Shown piece after piece: positions 26,448 through 41,300 of a stretch of DNA of 63,837 nucleotides. The DNA is taken from contig NMRA01000763.1 in the NCBI GenBank assembly GCA_002633005.1, positions 1-63,837 on the forward strand, in the 5' to 3' direction. Under the pieces are notes generated by a model. It was not told where the DNA came from, made no database searches, and was given only the letters and a program-made list of their open reading frames with translations. This stretch comes from Phoronis australis. Its lineage: Eukaryota > Animalia > Phoronida. Numbering within the stretch: position 1 is the first letter of the stretch; every line of letters begins with the position of its first letter. The position numbers and the translations under genes are program-made.

Positions 26448-28144
26448 TTTTTTACTCAGGAGGTTTCTGTTGAATGTTTTCCAACATGAACTGCAGTCTG
26501 ATGTTCAGAAAAACATGCACAATAGCTCTTGTGGTATTGTCTCCTTACACACAGCAGTTGATAGTGATTCCATTACATAATCACCGTTTATCGCCTCGTC
26601 AGTGATTTCACAGTACCGCAGTTCAAGGCTAGATAACAAATCAGTTGCCTCTGATGATGCCATAACCATACCAACGATAACACCGAGAACGCAGATCTGC
26701 CCCGTAGCGTGTGATGTAATCTACAATGCAGACGACAGTGGCACCGGGACTGCGGTCGACTTGTTTTCCAACAGACGACACAAAATTAAAGACAATGTAT
26801 CATATCATTGAGTAACCAGTGAGCTCTCCTACACTCTTACACTCCTTGCTGTAAGGTGCTTCATCAGTCGTTTTGCCTAATGTATGGTGTTTTATGGGAA
26901 ATGTCAAATAAAATGGTAATTTTGAAAACTCACAGATGTATCTGTTGTAAAATAATTACCTTTATGCGAGATCTTGATGAACTTGTTGAGAGTGCTGTGA
27001 AACAACGTTGCTTAGCGTCTGTTCACTCAGCACCTCGTGTTACGGAGATAATAGGGGAGATAACTCCAGCGGTTGTGTTGAGGTGCATATTGTTCCGTGG
27101 CCAAAGAATGGCTTAGGGACAGAGAAACAAACAGCCAATCTCATTCAAAACTGCGGAGTGAAAACTAAAAATGGAAAACAATACAGCGTGAGCCCACGGT
27201 AATACAGTGTACATGTGGAAATGGACTACAGAAGTGTTATGAACTAAACAAGTTGGCTAAACAAAAATACATGTATTTTCCAGGTCAGAAAAACGGCCGA
27301 AGTAGAGTTCATTAGCTGTCTCGCGGCTAGAACAATTTAAGCCAAAATCAGGTGCTCTTATTCAAAATACATGGCAATATATCGCGTAGTCTAGCGAAGT
27401 TTGCTTTCTTTTCTGGTGAGGTCTAATGTGCTGGCTCTACTAGCTGTGTCTGAGGACGGCGATTTTCAAAGAAATTTGGAATGTGCTATTTTGCAGTTAT
27501 TTTAAAAAGTACCTGGTTCATAACATAATTTTCAGCTGTTCTGCTCACGTTTCCTTCACAAGAATTCACACTGCCAAATTACAGTAATCTTTAAAATTTC
27601 CTCTTGTTAAAACATGACTCCTTCGTTTTTTACTGCTTCTGCCAGCTGATCCCGACGGATCGTTTCGTTTCTGAATGGCTATTTAAGAAAGAACCAGATC
27701 AATGGGTTAACTTTTGACCCATTTTCTCAAAGACATCATCTTGCGGCAGAGTTTCCAACAGCCGACAAAATGGGAGTGGGTCCTTTGCCGTAATAGACAC
27801 GATTGCGCTAGTTATGCAAGTTCCTAGATACATGAACGCTTACATTAGGTCTGCGATAGGCGAATCCAATTGGGGTCAACGGAAGCCGGACTCTCCCCCC
27901 TTTATTTCATTGATTGTAGTGATAGCAAATCTAGAATTCTTCAAATTGTTCCGCCCCTGGTCTGACAACATAGAAAGGTGTAACTCATTGACCTTTGTCT
28001 TCCACCTGCATGGGGTCATCAGCATGTGCGATCTAGTGGTTGCAAATTGAAATGCTGCAAAGCAATTGTAACAGGAATCGGTGGAGCGACCTATACTTAG
28101 TATTTAAAATATTGACTGTTCGAAGCCGATAAAAATATTTGCAG

Positions 28145-28776
28145 TGTTGTGTATTTATCTCTCGTTCGAATCGCATACGAGAGAACCATGGTGACAACTT
28201 ATATAGAGAGAGAAACAAGAGAGAAGTAGATACATGTAAATATACTGAGTTTATTATGCGCTAAATATAAAATAGATATCTACAAACTTACAACACGTCA
28301 TTAGTCTCCGTTGTCATTGTATACTCACTAAGTTTGGAACCGCTCCCAAATTGTTTAATTTAGTATCAAAGTCGAGTAATGAAAAAATTGTAAGATTAGT
28401 AAAAGCTAAAAAGTTGAGAAGTTAAGAATCTAACCGTATAGTAATGAGATCCTATAGAATTAAAAAGTTGAGATTCTTACAAGATAGAAACGAGACCCGG
28501 TAGAATCCGAAGTTTGAGCGTGTGGGTCCCATTTTTATAGGCGTATTCGCACCGCGAATGTTACAAATTGCGCTAAAACAGGGGACTCAAGTTAAACGTA
28601 AAAACCAAGCAAAATGCAGCTAAAAATGTCGTCATCGGAAATTCCAAGTAAGGAATTTACCATCTTAAACTCCTTTAAATATAATAACTCATTCTAGCTT
28701 CTGGAACTAAACTGACGACTCTTCTTAACTCACGACTCCATCAGTAGACGGCGCTCCCGTCACATTCCCCCTTACT
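28145..28776 (-). mobile_element. Putative orphan 3' LTR with polypurine tract
   Basis: On the minus strand, AGTAAGGGGGAA is immediately followed by TGTGACG (28764), then TATAAAA (~28538), AATAAA (~28255) and an ...ATACACAACA end (28145). No partner LTR seen. Confidence 0.4.
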
Positions 28777-30455
28777 CAGATCTAAGGTACACTGTACCAA
28801 AGAGCTATATGTAGAGACGACACGACCTTACTCGCAAGCCATACATGTACAGCGGTTGGCACGCGGTCCGCCCTCTTGATGATGAAAGCTATGTAAACAA
28901 AAGCACGGAGTTCTTTTGGAAGCCGGGGAATTTTCAGAATAAAATTTGAAATTTTAAATACTAATGAGGTTCTAAAATATTGATAACATAAAGCAATGTA
29001 AATCTGTGACCACGCATATGCTTAAACGGTCATTTAAGCTGTTGCAAAGACAAGATTCCTAATGTTTTGGCTGAAATTCTCACGGAGTGCTTCTAGGGCC
29101 TGGGAGATTTTGGCGGCTCAGTTGAAAAGACAATCACTGAAATGTATAAAGTTTAGAAAATGGTATAATACAATGATTAACCTTTGTATAAACCTATTTT
29201 TCAGTTCCAGTTGTTTATAAACCGACAAAACGATTATCTGTCAAGGTGGCCGCTCTTCAGCCATTACATCACTCACTGCATTCCCAAATTTTTTAGTATG
29301 GGTCTAAAAATTCCTTGCCCGACGTCACTTGATTTATTCTAACAAAAAGATTTTAGGCATGCGTTCGTGTGAAACACTTGAACGCGAATTAGAAAAAAAT
29401 ATAGAAACCCATGGAAATCGATGAGCAATATGCTTGCATGTAAAGTCGTGTCATTGTATGCAAGAATTGACCAATGGAACTGTACATGTTTGTGTACGTG
29501 TGCGTATTCGGAATTGAGGGTATAAGTCACTTTGAATAAAAGGTGGCTGCAAAATTTTGCAAAACGATAGAGTTACAATAACTGATATGTTAATATTAAG
29601 TATTTCAAGGAAAAGAAGAATGCACGACAACAAAAACACCCTGTACTGGTCAGGCACGCACATACATGTACATGTATAGTGTATACATGTACATCGGTTA
29701 CCTGCGTGTGCCTGTGAACACCACTGCTTGGGTGGCCGAAGCATTTGCACAGACCCAATGTCCCGAAAGGTGATTGGAATTGTCTACTTCACGTTATACC
29801 AAGGAATAATAATTACATTATTATGCAGACGTATTTTCAAAAACATAAAACGCATATACATGTGTAAGGGTTGCTGAGGTGTTTCAAGGAAAATTACTTC
29901 AGTGATACGCTAATTTTCTTTAACTGTCTAGTATTATCAGGAAGAGATAACCACTTCCTGGTATTACTTGTCCTAGTACCTAATTCATCTTAGCGTGGCG
30001 AACTGGTAATTTGTATAGTTTGAAACGACATGATATTACAGTTCAAAATATTGTGTTTACAGAATCTGCTGTAGAACAACTTGACACACCGCGGAACTAG
30101 AGTTTTAAAAAGGCGTTCGCATTATTAATTTTTAACATTATTAATTATTACGCCACTCCATGTACCCCTTTTTACGACCATCATGTGGGGAATCGCCGTT
30201 TTTTTCTGTCAATAACAAGCACACTTCCATATTATTGGCAATCCAGAACTAGAAGGACACGAAAAATGTTCACACAGAAACAACACATTGAGATACTGTA
30301 ACCATTTCAAACAATAAAGTTTCGATTTATTTCAACATATCTTTATTTCAAAATATCACCATCACGCTGTAAAATCACACCGTGACAGTAAAAGGAAAAT
30401 GCCTAGCGGGTATAAAGTTACTGTACCGTACTGGTACCATACACGCACTCCACTT

Positions 30456-30692
30456 CATGCGCTCACCCAGCCTTTAAAATGGGGGGTCTCGAATCTCTGA
30501 CAAAGTGGACCTTTTGCTAACAAAAAAGCGGGAGGACTAAAAAATGGGGTACCACCTTCAGGTCTGTGCGTCTTCGCCTTTTTCGTGGACTTTCTTTCGT
30601 TTTCTCTGACTTTTTGTTTCTTTGAGGCAGACCTTTTTACCCACTTCGCCAAATGGGGGGAGCTCGTTCGAGCCCCAAGAGACCCCCCCCCC
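30456..30692 (+). mobile_element. 3'-truncated copy of the CATGCGCGCA MITE family
   Basis: CATGCGCTCACCCAGCCTTT...CCCACTTCGCCAAATGGGGGG...poly-C aligns with 15721-15978. Confidence 0.8.
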
Positions 30693-32158
30693 AAGTCAGA
30701 TTTCAACCAACTCTAAGTTAATCCCTAATTCAGTTGAATCCGACATTTACTGGTACACATATATGTTACTAGTACATTTATATTGACAACACTCCGACAC
30801 AAAATGAAAAATGACAAAGCTCAATGGTCGTAAACTCTACCTGCCCTGTCGTATATACCCATAGGCATTAATAATCTGTACAGTGAAAGTATGAAAAGAC
30901 CATAAACAGGACAGAGTACAAAAATGATGGTTTTCCTCGAGTTACACAGTTGCAGATTTAAAAGCTCAATAGGCTACAGAACATTTGTCCCATCTCTTGA
31001 AATCTACAACAACAACCCATCTACCGTCTCACTATAACCTTGTGTGGTGGGGCATTCTTGGTTTTTCCCTGCCTTCGACCTTGTTCTATTCTTAGTAACC
31101 TGACTATATTAATAAATCTTTAATTGGTGTCCACTCTGTAAAAATGCACAACTATTAATCTTATAATCATTTTTGTGTTTCTTCGTTGCTAGAAAACAAC
31201 AGATATCTTGGCCACTAAACCCTTAAAGACATATCGGACTCAGAAGGAAAGTCAAGTAAAAGACCATGAAACATCGACTTAAGTGGGTGTTCTAGGGACC
31301 AAATTAAGTTGAACAATATTGTTTCTGTGATGGGAATCTCACCCACAAAATCATTTTTATTCAGTTTCAATTTTTAAACCTCGAAAGACAAAAGAATTAT
31401 GTCATTGATTCTGGGTCTAATCTTTATACTAGAAATCAAACTATATTGTTTATGTTTTCTGCTATAACTACATGTAAAGACCTTTTAGTTATGTGCTCAA
31501 ACAGCCAATGATTTCCTTGGATGATTTTCAAAAAATCCTAGTTTGCATTTGATGATACTGACATCAATGTAAAAGCTATGAGTTTTTACTTGAAATCTCG
31601 TGTTGTTACCAATATTGGTTCCTAGATACTGCACAGTACATACGCATCTCCACTAACATGGTCCATCAGCAAGAAAGCGGACCAACCCGCTCAACGAAAA
31701 CCAAGTGACTTCAACTCAAGTTATATTTATCCCATTGCACTGTACATAGACTCAAGTCGTGGGTGAGACTAAAATAAAAACAATACAGCAAGTTACCAAA
31801 CATCTAACTCATGCACATGATACACAGTATATTTCAAACATAATATTCTATTTCATACACAATCAAGTAATAATTATGTAAAAACTGATCTTGACAACAA
31901 TAAGTGACCCTATATCAATGATAAAAAACTATTCCAACGTTGCGCACAAAGGCCGGTTGTGTGGCCTTACAAAAACATTAAAAAAAACATACATGTATAT
32001 ATACCAAACTCAATTGGTCAACAAAGCCTGCAGTAACCCAATATCTATATGGTATGAATGCTGAAAACTGCGTCGCCTGTCGCTTGACACTTTCTTTCTT
32101 CTACACGTCTCGATGCATGGTGGAGAATCCAGTCTGAAATTGAGTCATAGGCTATCTA

Positions 32159-32810
32159 CTAGATGAATCTCTGCGTCTTCCGAATTATACGGCCAATCCG
32201 GGTCCGGGTGTATTCTGCCGCTTGCGACTTGGTGCCGTCCGAGCCCGCTTGCAAATCTGATTCATCACCCGAGCGATCGTCATCCTCAGTACGAGGTGCA
32301 GGATCACTGGATGTCGTGTGTTGATCTTCCGAGGGATTCTCGTCCACACTTAGCGGTGCAGCATCCTAGGGAATCAAGGCCTCAGTGGCACAGGAATTGT
32401 AGTGGCCCACATGCACAACAGTTGCACCTACACCAGGCTTTTCTTGAATCCTGTAAAGTAGTCAGTTAACTTCGCCAGAATTAAATAGGGACCCCGCCAA
32501 CACAATCCCAATTTCTGTTGAGCAATTGTTGGGTACCACCTATAAACAAAACTACCCTCCTCAAATTTATTCAAAACTGTCTTAGAGTCATAATACGTTT
32601 TCTGTCGCCTAGAACTGTTTTGTAGGTTTTCTCTAGCGAATTCAAAGGAGTTCTGGACAGAAAATCTCAGCCACTCAACATATTCAACCAAGCATGACGG
32701 AGAGGATTCCGAATGCACCTCCACCGGATTACCAACCATAATATCAATAGGAAGCGACACCTCGCGACCAAAAATCAACCTGTATGGAGTGCAGCCAGTA
32801 CTATCGTACG
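32159..32810 (-). mobile_element. Decayed Gypsy integrase C-terminal fragment
   Basis: STGCTPYRLIFGREVSLPIDI...QKTYYD...WRGPYLI (GPY/F module) and terminal RTRIGRIIRK. Frameshifted, and truncated near the LINE junction. Confidence 0.85.
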
Positions 32811-32929
32811 CCCAGATTGTGGATCAAAGGGTGATATGAATCAAACGGTAGATAGTGGTCCGTGTGAGTGGGTTTCTTATAAACCTTGATCTCGGCACAC
32901 TAATTTACAATGGTTACTAAGCAATTCTG

Positions 32930-34617
32930 AAACGGTAATGAGTTGTCTCTAGATTCCGCAAGGGATGTTGCACTCAAGAGCAAATGTTTACGCTTCAGGC
33001 CGTGTGCTAAAAATACATCACTAAGCCCGGGGTCGATTTTCTTGTGCTTTTGTCGACTTTTCGAAAGCGTTTGACAGAGTTCCCCACATGCTACTCTGGC
33101 ATAGATTACAAAAATTGGTGTCTATGGTAAGGTACTTAAACTAGTGAAATCCATGTACAGTGTAGGCTATAGCAAATTACGTTCAAGCGTAAGGACCCGA
33201 GAAGAGTTAACCGACTTTTTTGTCTGTTCTGTCGGCACCAGACAAGGATGTATGATCAGCCCACTATTGTTTATAACGTGTCTGAACGAATGTATCGAAG
33301 TCCTAGATAATGCCCAAAATATTACATCAATGAAGAGGCGCCGCAAGTCAAATCGCTGGTGTATGCTGATGACATGGTTCTGTGTTCGAGCACGCAAATC
33401 AATTTCCGAAGAATGTTAAACTGCCTTTATGGTTATTGCTCTTTTTGGGACATGAGTGTAAATCTGAAAAAACTAAGATCATGGTTTTTAGAAATGGCGA
33501 CCCACTCAGAGCGTATGAGAAGTCGTATTATGAAAATCAAGTAGTGGAGGTTGTCTCTCAATATAAATATCTTGGAATATTGTTTAATGACACCAACATT
33601 AGTTTGGTCCAAAGCCATTAAAACTCTGGCACGTCAAGGTAGTAAAGCTGCTATTTCTATCTGTAAAATTAGAAACCGGTGCACGGAATTGCCATTGAAT
33701 CTATAACTTGAAATGTTTGATAAAATTGCTGTGCCAACTATGTGCTACGGTGCGGAAATCTGGGGATTCAAAGAACATGAATGGCTTGAAAATGTATGTT
33801 AAACTCTGTAAAATTGCTCTTGTAGTTGGAAACTTTTGCTCAAACGCAGCTGTATTGGGTGAATGTGGAATTTATCCGTTCTACGCAAAGCACTATGTCA
33901 CGTGTAAAATATTGGCTAAAGTTATTAAAAATGCCACCTACTAGATACGCTAAAGCGGCTTGTGACATGTTAGCTGATTTAGGTCGGAATGGGAGAAATA
34001 CTTGGGTATCTTAGACAATTGTTATCAAAATACGGTTTTCATGAAATTTGGTTGAATCAAGATGTCACGTGCGAAGTCTCGTTTCAAGTATCTTAATGAC
34101 TGGTATGAGCAAGGGTGGCGATCAGAAATTGAGCATAACGCAAAACTTAAATACTAATGCAACTTTAAGACTCTGTACTGTTTTAAACCATATCTTAATT
34201 TACCGCTACATAATAGTCTTATTCAAGCGTTTATTCGGTTACGTTTTCTCCAACCATAGACTGCAAGTGGAAGTGGGTAGACACGAGAAAGTGGAATATT
34301 ATAATAGATTATGTTTGATTTGCAATGATGATCTTGTAGAGGATGAATACCACTTATTGTTGATTTGCAAGGGATATTGTGAACTTAGTTCAAGTTTTAA
34401 GAAGGAAGTTCAATGGAAGCATCCAACTCAAGAATCCTGAATACGCCTGCTAGCTAATCCATGTCTATCTGTAGTTAAATATGTGTATTCTGCCCTTAAA
34501 AGACGAGAACAACTCTTAAATGGGTTGACTGCGTGTGCAAATGTGCCTGTTTAATTCTTTTTTGTTGATGGTACTTTGGGCCAGAGGCCTTTAATACATA
34601 TAAACGTATTGATTGAT
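32930..34617 (+). mobile_element. 5'-truncated, decayed non-LTR retrotransposon (RTE-X-like or CR1/L2 group) RT region and 3' end
   Basis: Motifs across frames: CAFVDFSKAFDRV, GTRQGCMISPLLF, YADDMVL, KTKIMVF, YKYLG, SNHRLQVEVGR, RLCLIC...EDEYHLLLIC. The 3' end is ATAAAC followed by (ATTG)n-like sequence. Confidence 0.9.
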
Positions 34618-35349
34618 AGACCAGTTCTTTCACGTCTTTCATATGCGTTTATTTTACAGCGTAAAGCAACAAGAGAAAAAATGAGGTAACTAAATGAGCC
34701 GTAAGGGTCAACCTGTAAAAAGTTGCTTGTGATTACATTTTTTTAAATATATATTTTTCCTACATCATAGTAATTAATAGTCTGCTTTTTATTTGTTAGT
34801 TTTCCAAGACAAGTTATTCATCAAATTACATATTTGAGGCCTTGCTGGCCAAGACTCCTTGTTCTAAAATGAACCTTGAAATTATAACGCAAATATAAAT
34901 ATAAAAAGAACTGAATGAACGAAAATTCCACCGAAGATATTCACAAAATGAAGAATGCTATTTTATAAACCAAATCTTAGCCAAATGCTTACATGAAATC
35001 TTTATATTCTCCCCTAATGACTGAAGGATGGACTCCTAACGAGCTATGATATTTCAAGCACCCTTTCATGGAATTCACAGTTTTTGGTGTCAAAGATACC
35101 AATAGCACAAAAGTAGAAAAGGGAAAGAATTTGAGAAAAAGTAACAATACCTCCAAAATTAGGAAAAAGTGGGAAAATACGTAGCATTGGGGCGTCTTAA
35201 TATAAGCGCATACCCCATAGGATCAGTCATATAATCATTCCTGTCATGGCACACATTACAAAAGTTATAACACGGCATTGCATTCTTGAAGCAAGAAGCT
35301 TTCGGTCGACTATAACACGACAATGAAGCAAAACAATGGAACCTTCTGC

Positions 35350-38300
35350 TTAGTCCAGACTACACGGCGGTGAACTGTACTGCCTTCTCACATAGTCCAT
35401 GTTGATTCCGAACCCATCGAGCTCCTCTGTGACACGATCTAGGTAAGTTTCGTCGGGGTAACCCAGCCTGCAAAAAGCGAAGAAGATAAGCGTACGTTGT
35501 GGCAGCCGTTGAATGACGGTATGCAGATGGCTGCTCTCAGCAATGCAACATGAACAAAACACTAAATGGAAAGCCTTTTTCTCATAAAGAGATTTGCTGC
35601 TTTACATTGCAAGGTATTTCTTGTTCCAGTCTTTACAAGAATCATTAAGAATTATGTCAATTTAGCCACGTGTGTGTACCTGCACAAAAATACAGTCGCA
35701 GTGAATTACTTGTTTGACTTACAATTTGTTGGGTGTAAGCTCCGTCTTATGGGTTATTCCCGAAGACCACTGCACTTTGTCATTTTCCACTGTAAAAACG
35801 AGGCGGTGACGGAATGCCACGCGGAGCATGCGCAGGACTTCTCTTCCTTGGGTGGTATCGGGAAGATAAGCACGCTTCGTAGTACCTTTATAAGGAATAC
35901 CTGGTCTGGGGTGTATTTGCTAAAATGGAAACCCAGTAATGATAATAGTGGCATAATATTATGCAACGACGAAAGTCGCAATTGATTTACGAATGCCCAT
36001 CATTGGTGTGACGAAATTTTAACTTTAAGCTCTGCTATACACACGTCTTCACCTTATCAATGAGACCACGTGACGTCATAAAACTCTGTTTCTATCTCAC
36101 TTGGATGAGAGGTAATGTCTGGGCGTGGGAAAAGCTGATAGTTCGTTGCTGCTCAACGACCAGCATCAACGTGTAAAATGACCCGCCGCAACAAGTCTAC
36201 TTGATGAGTCTGGCTTCGAGAATTAACGAACTGGTAGCTCCTGTCTTCCCAAGCACAGAAACTGATTTTTGGAACAAATTCAGACTGGTTTTATAACCAG
36301 GAATGGCATAAAACAAAAGTTTTAATATTGACAGGGGTGCGTTTACAGCATGTGCACCTGTAGCCATACTTGGGCTCGTTGACCAGAGAGCGACTTTCCT
36401 CCAACGAACTACGACGTTGTCTGCTATTTTGAACTTTTAATAAGCGTTTGTAGACATATGCATAAGACTTGGCAAATTCTGTATTACAGAGCGACGTCGA
36501 TGGACGAAACTCCAGAAATGCAAATTCAAGCTAGTTTCGAAAAAATGTACATTTTATTTTGAGTAGAAGTCTTATAGCTACGTGTAGGTGATGATATACA
36601 GCAATCCAAATTATTAAAAATACCGCATTCTTTTGTTTACATTTATCTGGATGTAAACAAAACATGAAATACATACATTTGTACATGTACAAAGAAAAGG
36701 AATGACAATGAAATGTGACCGCTTACCGTTTGTAGGCCGTCTGGAATTCTGTAGGTTACAATTATAGTGCCTTTGGAGTTTTCAAAACCCGCTAACTTGT
36801 CGGCTTTGACTTCTTCGGTCATTTTGCCGCCTTTTGGTTGCGTTCCGGTCGGAAGTGAGCTCTCAACCAACAGCTCATCACAGATGGGACAAGACCCTTG
36901 GTGCTTAGCCCCCTCCATACATACAGAGCACAGAACATGCGGACAATTGTTAAGCTTGGAGAGAGTTGCAGCGTCAGTTTCTCCACAGAACGAGCACGAG
37001 TCCTCTGAGTGTGCGTCGTCGGGCACGTGGGCCGGAGAAATAAGGGGCACGCCCGCTGGATTTGACTGCTCCGCAACTCGAACGTAGTCGTCGCGTTGCA
37101 CGAGCGGGAATTCTGTATCGCTGTTTGGCTGCTGGTCAACCAACGATAACCGCTGTACACTCTGATTTTGCGTGGATACGTTCAAAATGTCATTCATGAC
37201 TGACGGAGTCGCACCTCCACGATCAAATAGTTCCTGAATAAGTTCGTTAGACGCTGAAAATGAAGTATAAGATTCGTTAAAGTAGCAAATGATTCTTGAG
37301 ACAAAAATCATCATTACTTGTAAAAAGCAAGAGAAACGTCGACAATCAAATTTCCAATATGATGTCTTAATATATGTCCAGTGTATTGTTCAGTGATCAA
37401 TTTGGGTAACCTGTACATGTACGTTATCAGTTTTTGACCACGTCATTATCCTTGTCATAAACTTTTGTTTCGAGATCGTGCACTACATCAACTGCCACGT
37501 GATAAAATGCTGATTTTCATAACACGCTTGTTAACATTACGTACGTGAATATCAGAGATGGACTTGGTTAATGCAACATGTACAGTTTCGGCATACTACT
37601 ATCAAACGACACGGTACAACAACTATCACCTAACTCACAAACACAAACACTCAACGTGACCCATTGTTCAATTCAACACATGCTTATTAGTAATTTGAAA
37701 AACTCACTTTTTTCGACATCAGGTGCAGTTGCTCGAGGAGATTTTACGCGCGGTTGCACTGCTTCTGGTCGTACCTTTCCCCTGATCCTCTCGCATCCCT
37801 GTCGGATTTTACCCTCAGCTCGATTGACTGATGTCTCAGGTCCCACTATCAAAACGTTGCTTGAATTGTGACAGACGACAATGTCGCGGTATTGTCCAGA
37901 AATATCATCGAGTAGACTTCGCAAGAGTGTGGACTTGGCCGTTGTGTGATCCAATTGAAATACAGATTGCGACACATCGACCTAAAGAGAAAATGCAACT
38001 ACATACAATACAAGTGCAAACGTCACTGTAACATTTTGTGCATTGAATGAAAGTATCTCTATCACCGTGCTGTACCTCCATGGGCTTGTCTAGCTCCAAA
38101 ACGGGAATCGGATAATTTGGGACTTACATGTATAAGCCCATTGATTAATGTCGCAAAGGCGTGCATGAGTCCCTGGGCTTGCGTCAAACATCAAGCACGT
38201 ACGCTGTTGCTGTTTTTTTTTCTCTACAGGCAGCTATGTCCAGCCCGCCCAGGCACATAAGGCAGGTGGGAGACGTTGATTTGACGGTGACTGACGTCCT

Positions 38301-41300
38301 AAGCGTGTGAGCTTATTCCCCCCGAACATTGGAACTGTTAATGACCGAGACGATGCCACCAGCTGAATAGTTTTGAGCAAAGCAAAACGTTATCACTTTT
38401 GCTCCAACAGTGACTGGGTAAACGACGGTTTGTTTTCAGTGTATTTTTTGCGTCAAGTATTTTTACGTGGCCACCAAATTCTTTTTCTTGAAATACTTAT
38501 GCCACGTTTATGTACATCCATCAAACTGTTAGCGTTAGAATTTTGATCGTGGATTTTCTAATAACATACCGTACAACTGTTGATAGGGACGACATAGCCA
38601 CATGCAGTAATTGAGAGGCTTAACAGGTAAAGCTATCAGAACAAATGGAACAGAAGGATATCAGACGAGGTAAACTGCTCGCCTACTCCAAACGTCCGAA
38701 TACACTGAATGACTGTGGCCTGAGTGACGACATAAACATTCAAAATGACATAAGGAATTGTTAGTCCTTATATAGTGGTCTGAACCAAAAATAGTAATTT
38801 CTATGATCGAAGTTGGCCTTCCAGTGCAAGCCCGACCCCCATATTTAGCAAAGTGCAAGCCCGACCCCATATTTAGCAAAGTGGGCAAAAAAGTAGAAAA
38901 ACGGAGCAAAAAATCTCGTTGTAAGGCAGGAACTACCAAAATCCTGCTAGTGCACAATTCTAAGCTCTAAACATAACCCTTGAACCTTGGTAAAAGGTTC
39001 AAATTCTCAAAAATTCGATCCCCCAAATTTTAGGCTGGGTGCGAGTATGAAGTGGCAACAAACGCGAACAGATTCATGATACTAACCTCCCTGATTAGTT
39101 GTTTCAGTCTCCGTTGCGCCTCCTTTACATCCGAAGGTTTGCAGTTTTTCTTTCCTGTGATCTTAATCTCCTGTCTGTGTTCGCTATTAGACGGGGAGCT
39201 AATAAAATCTACGTTGCAGTTATCACGGATTTTCTTCAAACTGTCTGGCATACGATGCTTAAGGTATTTGTTCACGCCAACTGCGACGATCAAAACGACA
39301 GAAAATGGTGTCACCGCGGCTTCTCCTACCGATGCTGGCAAGGGTGACGCTGCTGCTGCCATCGCTCCAAACTGCTCCATGGACTCTGTTTGATTTCTCA
39401 TAAGGGAACTCGTGGGACTCATTCGGTGTGAAGAAAAATCAATTTTCACAGGTAACACCTGGGTGTCTTCCAAGCCGACGGAGGGAGTTGTAGCCGGTGC
39501 ATTGACTTCAGAATAGCCACATCGTTGCAACGATGAAGGGGATGTAGTGTCTTCTCTTTCAAGAGCCGCAGCTCCTTCAAAATCGAGATTCTGCTCAGTG
39601 CGGTCCATTTTGTTTTGGTCTGTATATAGGTCATCAGCAAGCATGTCGAAGTCTTGTTCAAGTGAGACCTCAGTCTTGTGTCCCACAACGTCGTTGTCAG
39701 TCTGAGAGACGTTTAATTCTTCTTCGATAACGACGTATTCGCCAAGTCGTCTTTCACCCGCTTCAGTTTCTAAATCAGGCATCATGTCCTCCAAAAGGAT
39801 ATGGAGATTTTGCACTCGATAGAAATTACCTTTAAACACCCATCTCCCGTTATCGTTACTGGTCTCAATTTGATGATCTTTCAGCAGCGTTTGTCTGACG
39901 TCATCATGGGAGGCAAGGGTAAAGCTCCAGTCGTCGTTCAATTCAACAACAGCACTGGCAAGATACTAAAATGAAAAGAATTGGTTTAGAAAACTGGGGA
40001 CCTTCCACATTATTATTCATAAAAATTGTTGCTACAGTGAGAAGTCCTTATGTTGTGAGAACGTGACTGTCTTGCCGCTGGCGATATCGTTACTCACGAT
40101 TATATGTAAACACCATAACCTAGTGTCACATAGAGCCGGCAGGATGAAGGACGGAACGCAACAGGACAGTAGGCATACAATAGGTCAATGGCGGGGACAG
40201 AAAATACCGTCAACTGGTCGTTTATGTAGAGCTCTTGGAGGCGACGGGAAGGTGCAAGACTAAAATTCAGAAACGTCGACTGGTTTTCACATTTTGTGGC
40301 ACAATTTTCATTCCGTCAACTTTGCGACGGAGCCCTCTTACTTAGTCTAATTTTGCCGCCGTATGGTGCACAGAAGGTAACATTTTTTATCACAAAGTTA
40401 TACACGAATTACGAACTGTGGTTCGCAGACAAGCTCGCAAATTACAACATGAGTTAATATGCGCATCAATTACGCGCAGTAGATGGCAGAAGCACCTAAG
40501 AGCAACGACTACTAGGCAAGTTCCATGATGGCAAACATATACATGTAGAGTGTCACATGAGATCGTGAATCAACGGGGTGTCTACTGTAGTATGTCCGAG
40601 AGGCACAACAAACGTTTTTGAAATGAAATGTTCGTATAAGCCGGCCAAATGACATGCTGGGGGCGTTTTCTGTTAATTTTTTAGTTGCGCCCTGTTCCCT
40701 AAAACCGGCTATATGAGATACCTTGATTGGCTCATCACCTCGAAAACATATCAGAACCTTCTTGCTCCCTCGCACGTTTGTGTTAAGGGGTAATCATAAA
40801 ATTATCCTACTGTCAGAAATATTAACACTTACCAGAGAAGGCATGGCAGTTACTTTAATCCGGGTACCTTCAATCTCGTGGTCGTGCGTTGACAGGACTG
40901 CCTCAGCATCTGCAAAAATAGGCCAAGGTTTAGCATTCTAGTAATTCTCGAGTACCTTCTTACCGAGGGTAACATTTCCTGAAATACTTTTAAATACCTG
41001 TAGAAATGTTCAACCCACAGAACTGGAAATCTTTTAACTTCTGTGACCACAGGAAAGGGGCACCAAAATAATGCCCGAGCATGTCTAGACACAAGACTGT
41101 TTTTTACGATCATCTGCAGCCATCTGAGTTGTAAGTTTCATGCAAAGGAATCTTGTCCAAATAATTGTTCTTTATTTTACATGTATGTCAAATACATACA
41201 CAGCGTACAGTGATTCGTTCACTTCTAACACAAGATACATTGTACCTGCTATCGTATTAAGGGATAGCAATAATAACGAAAGAAACCGCGACTATATGTT

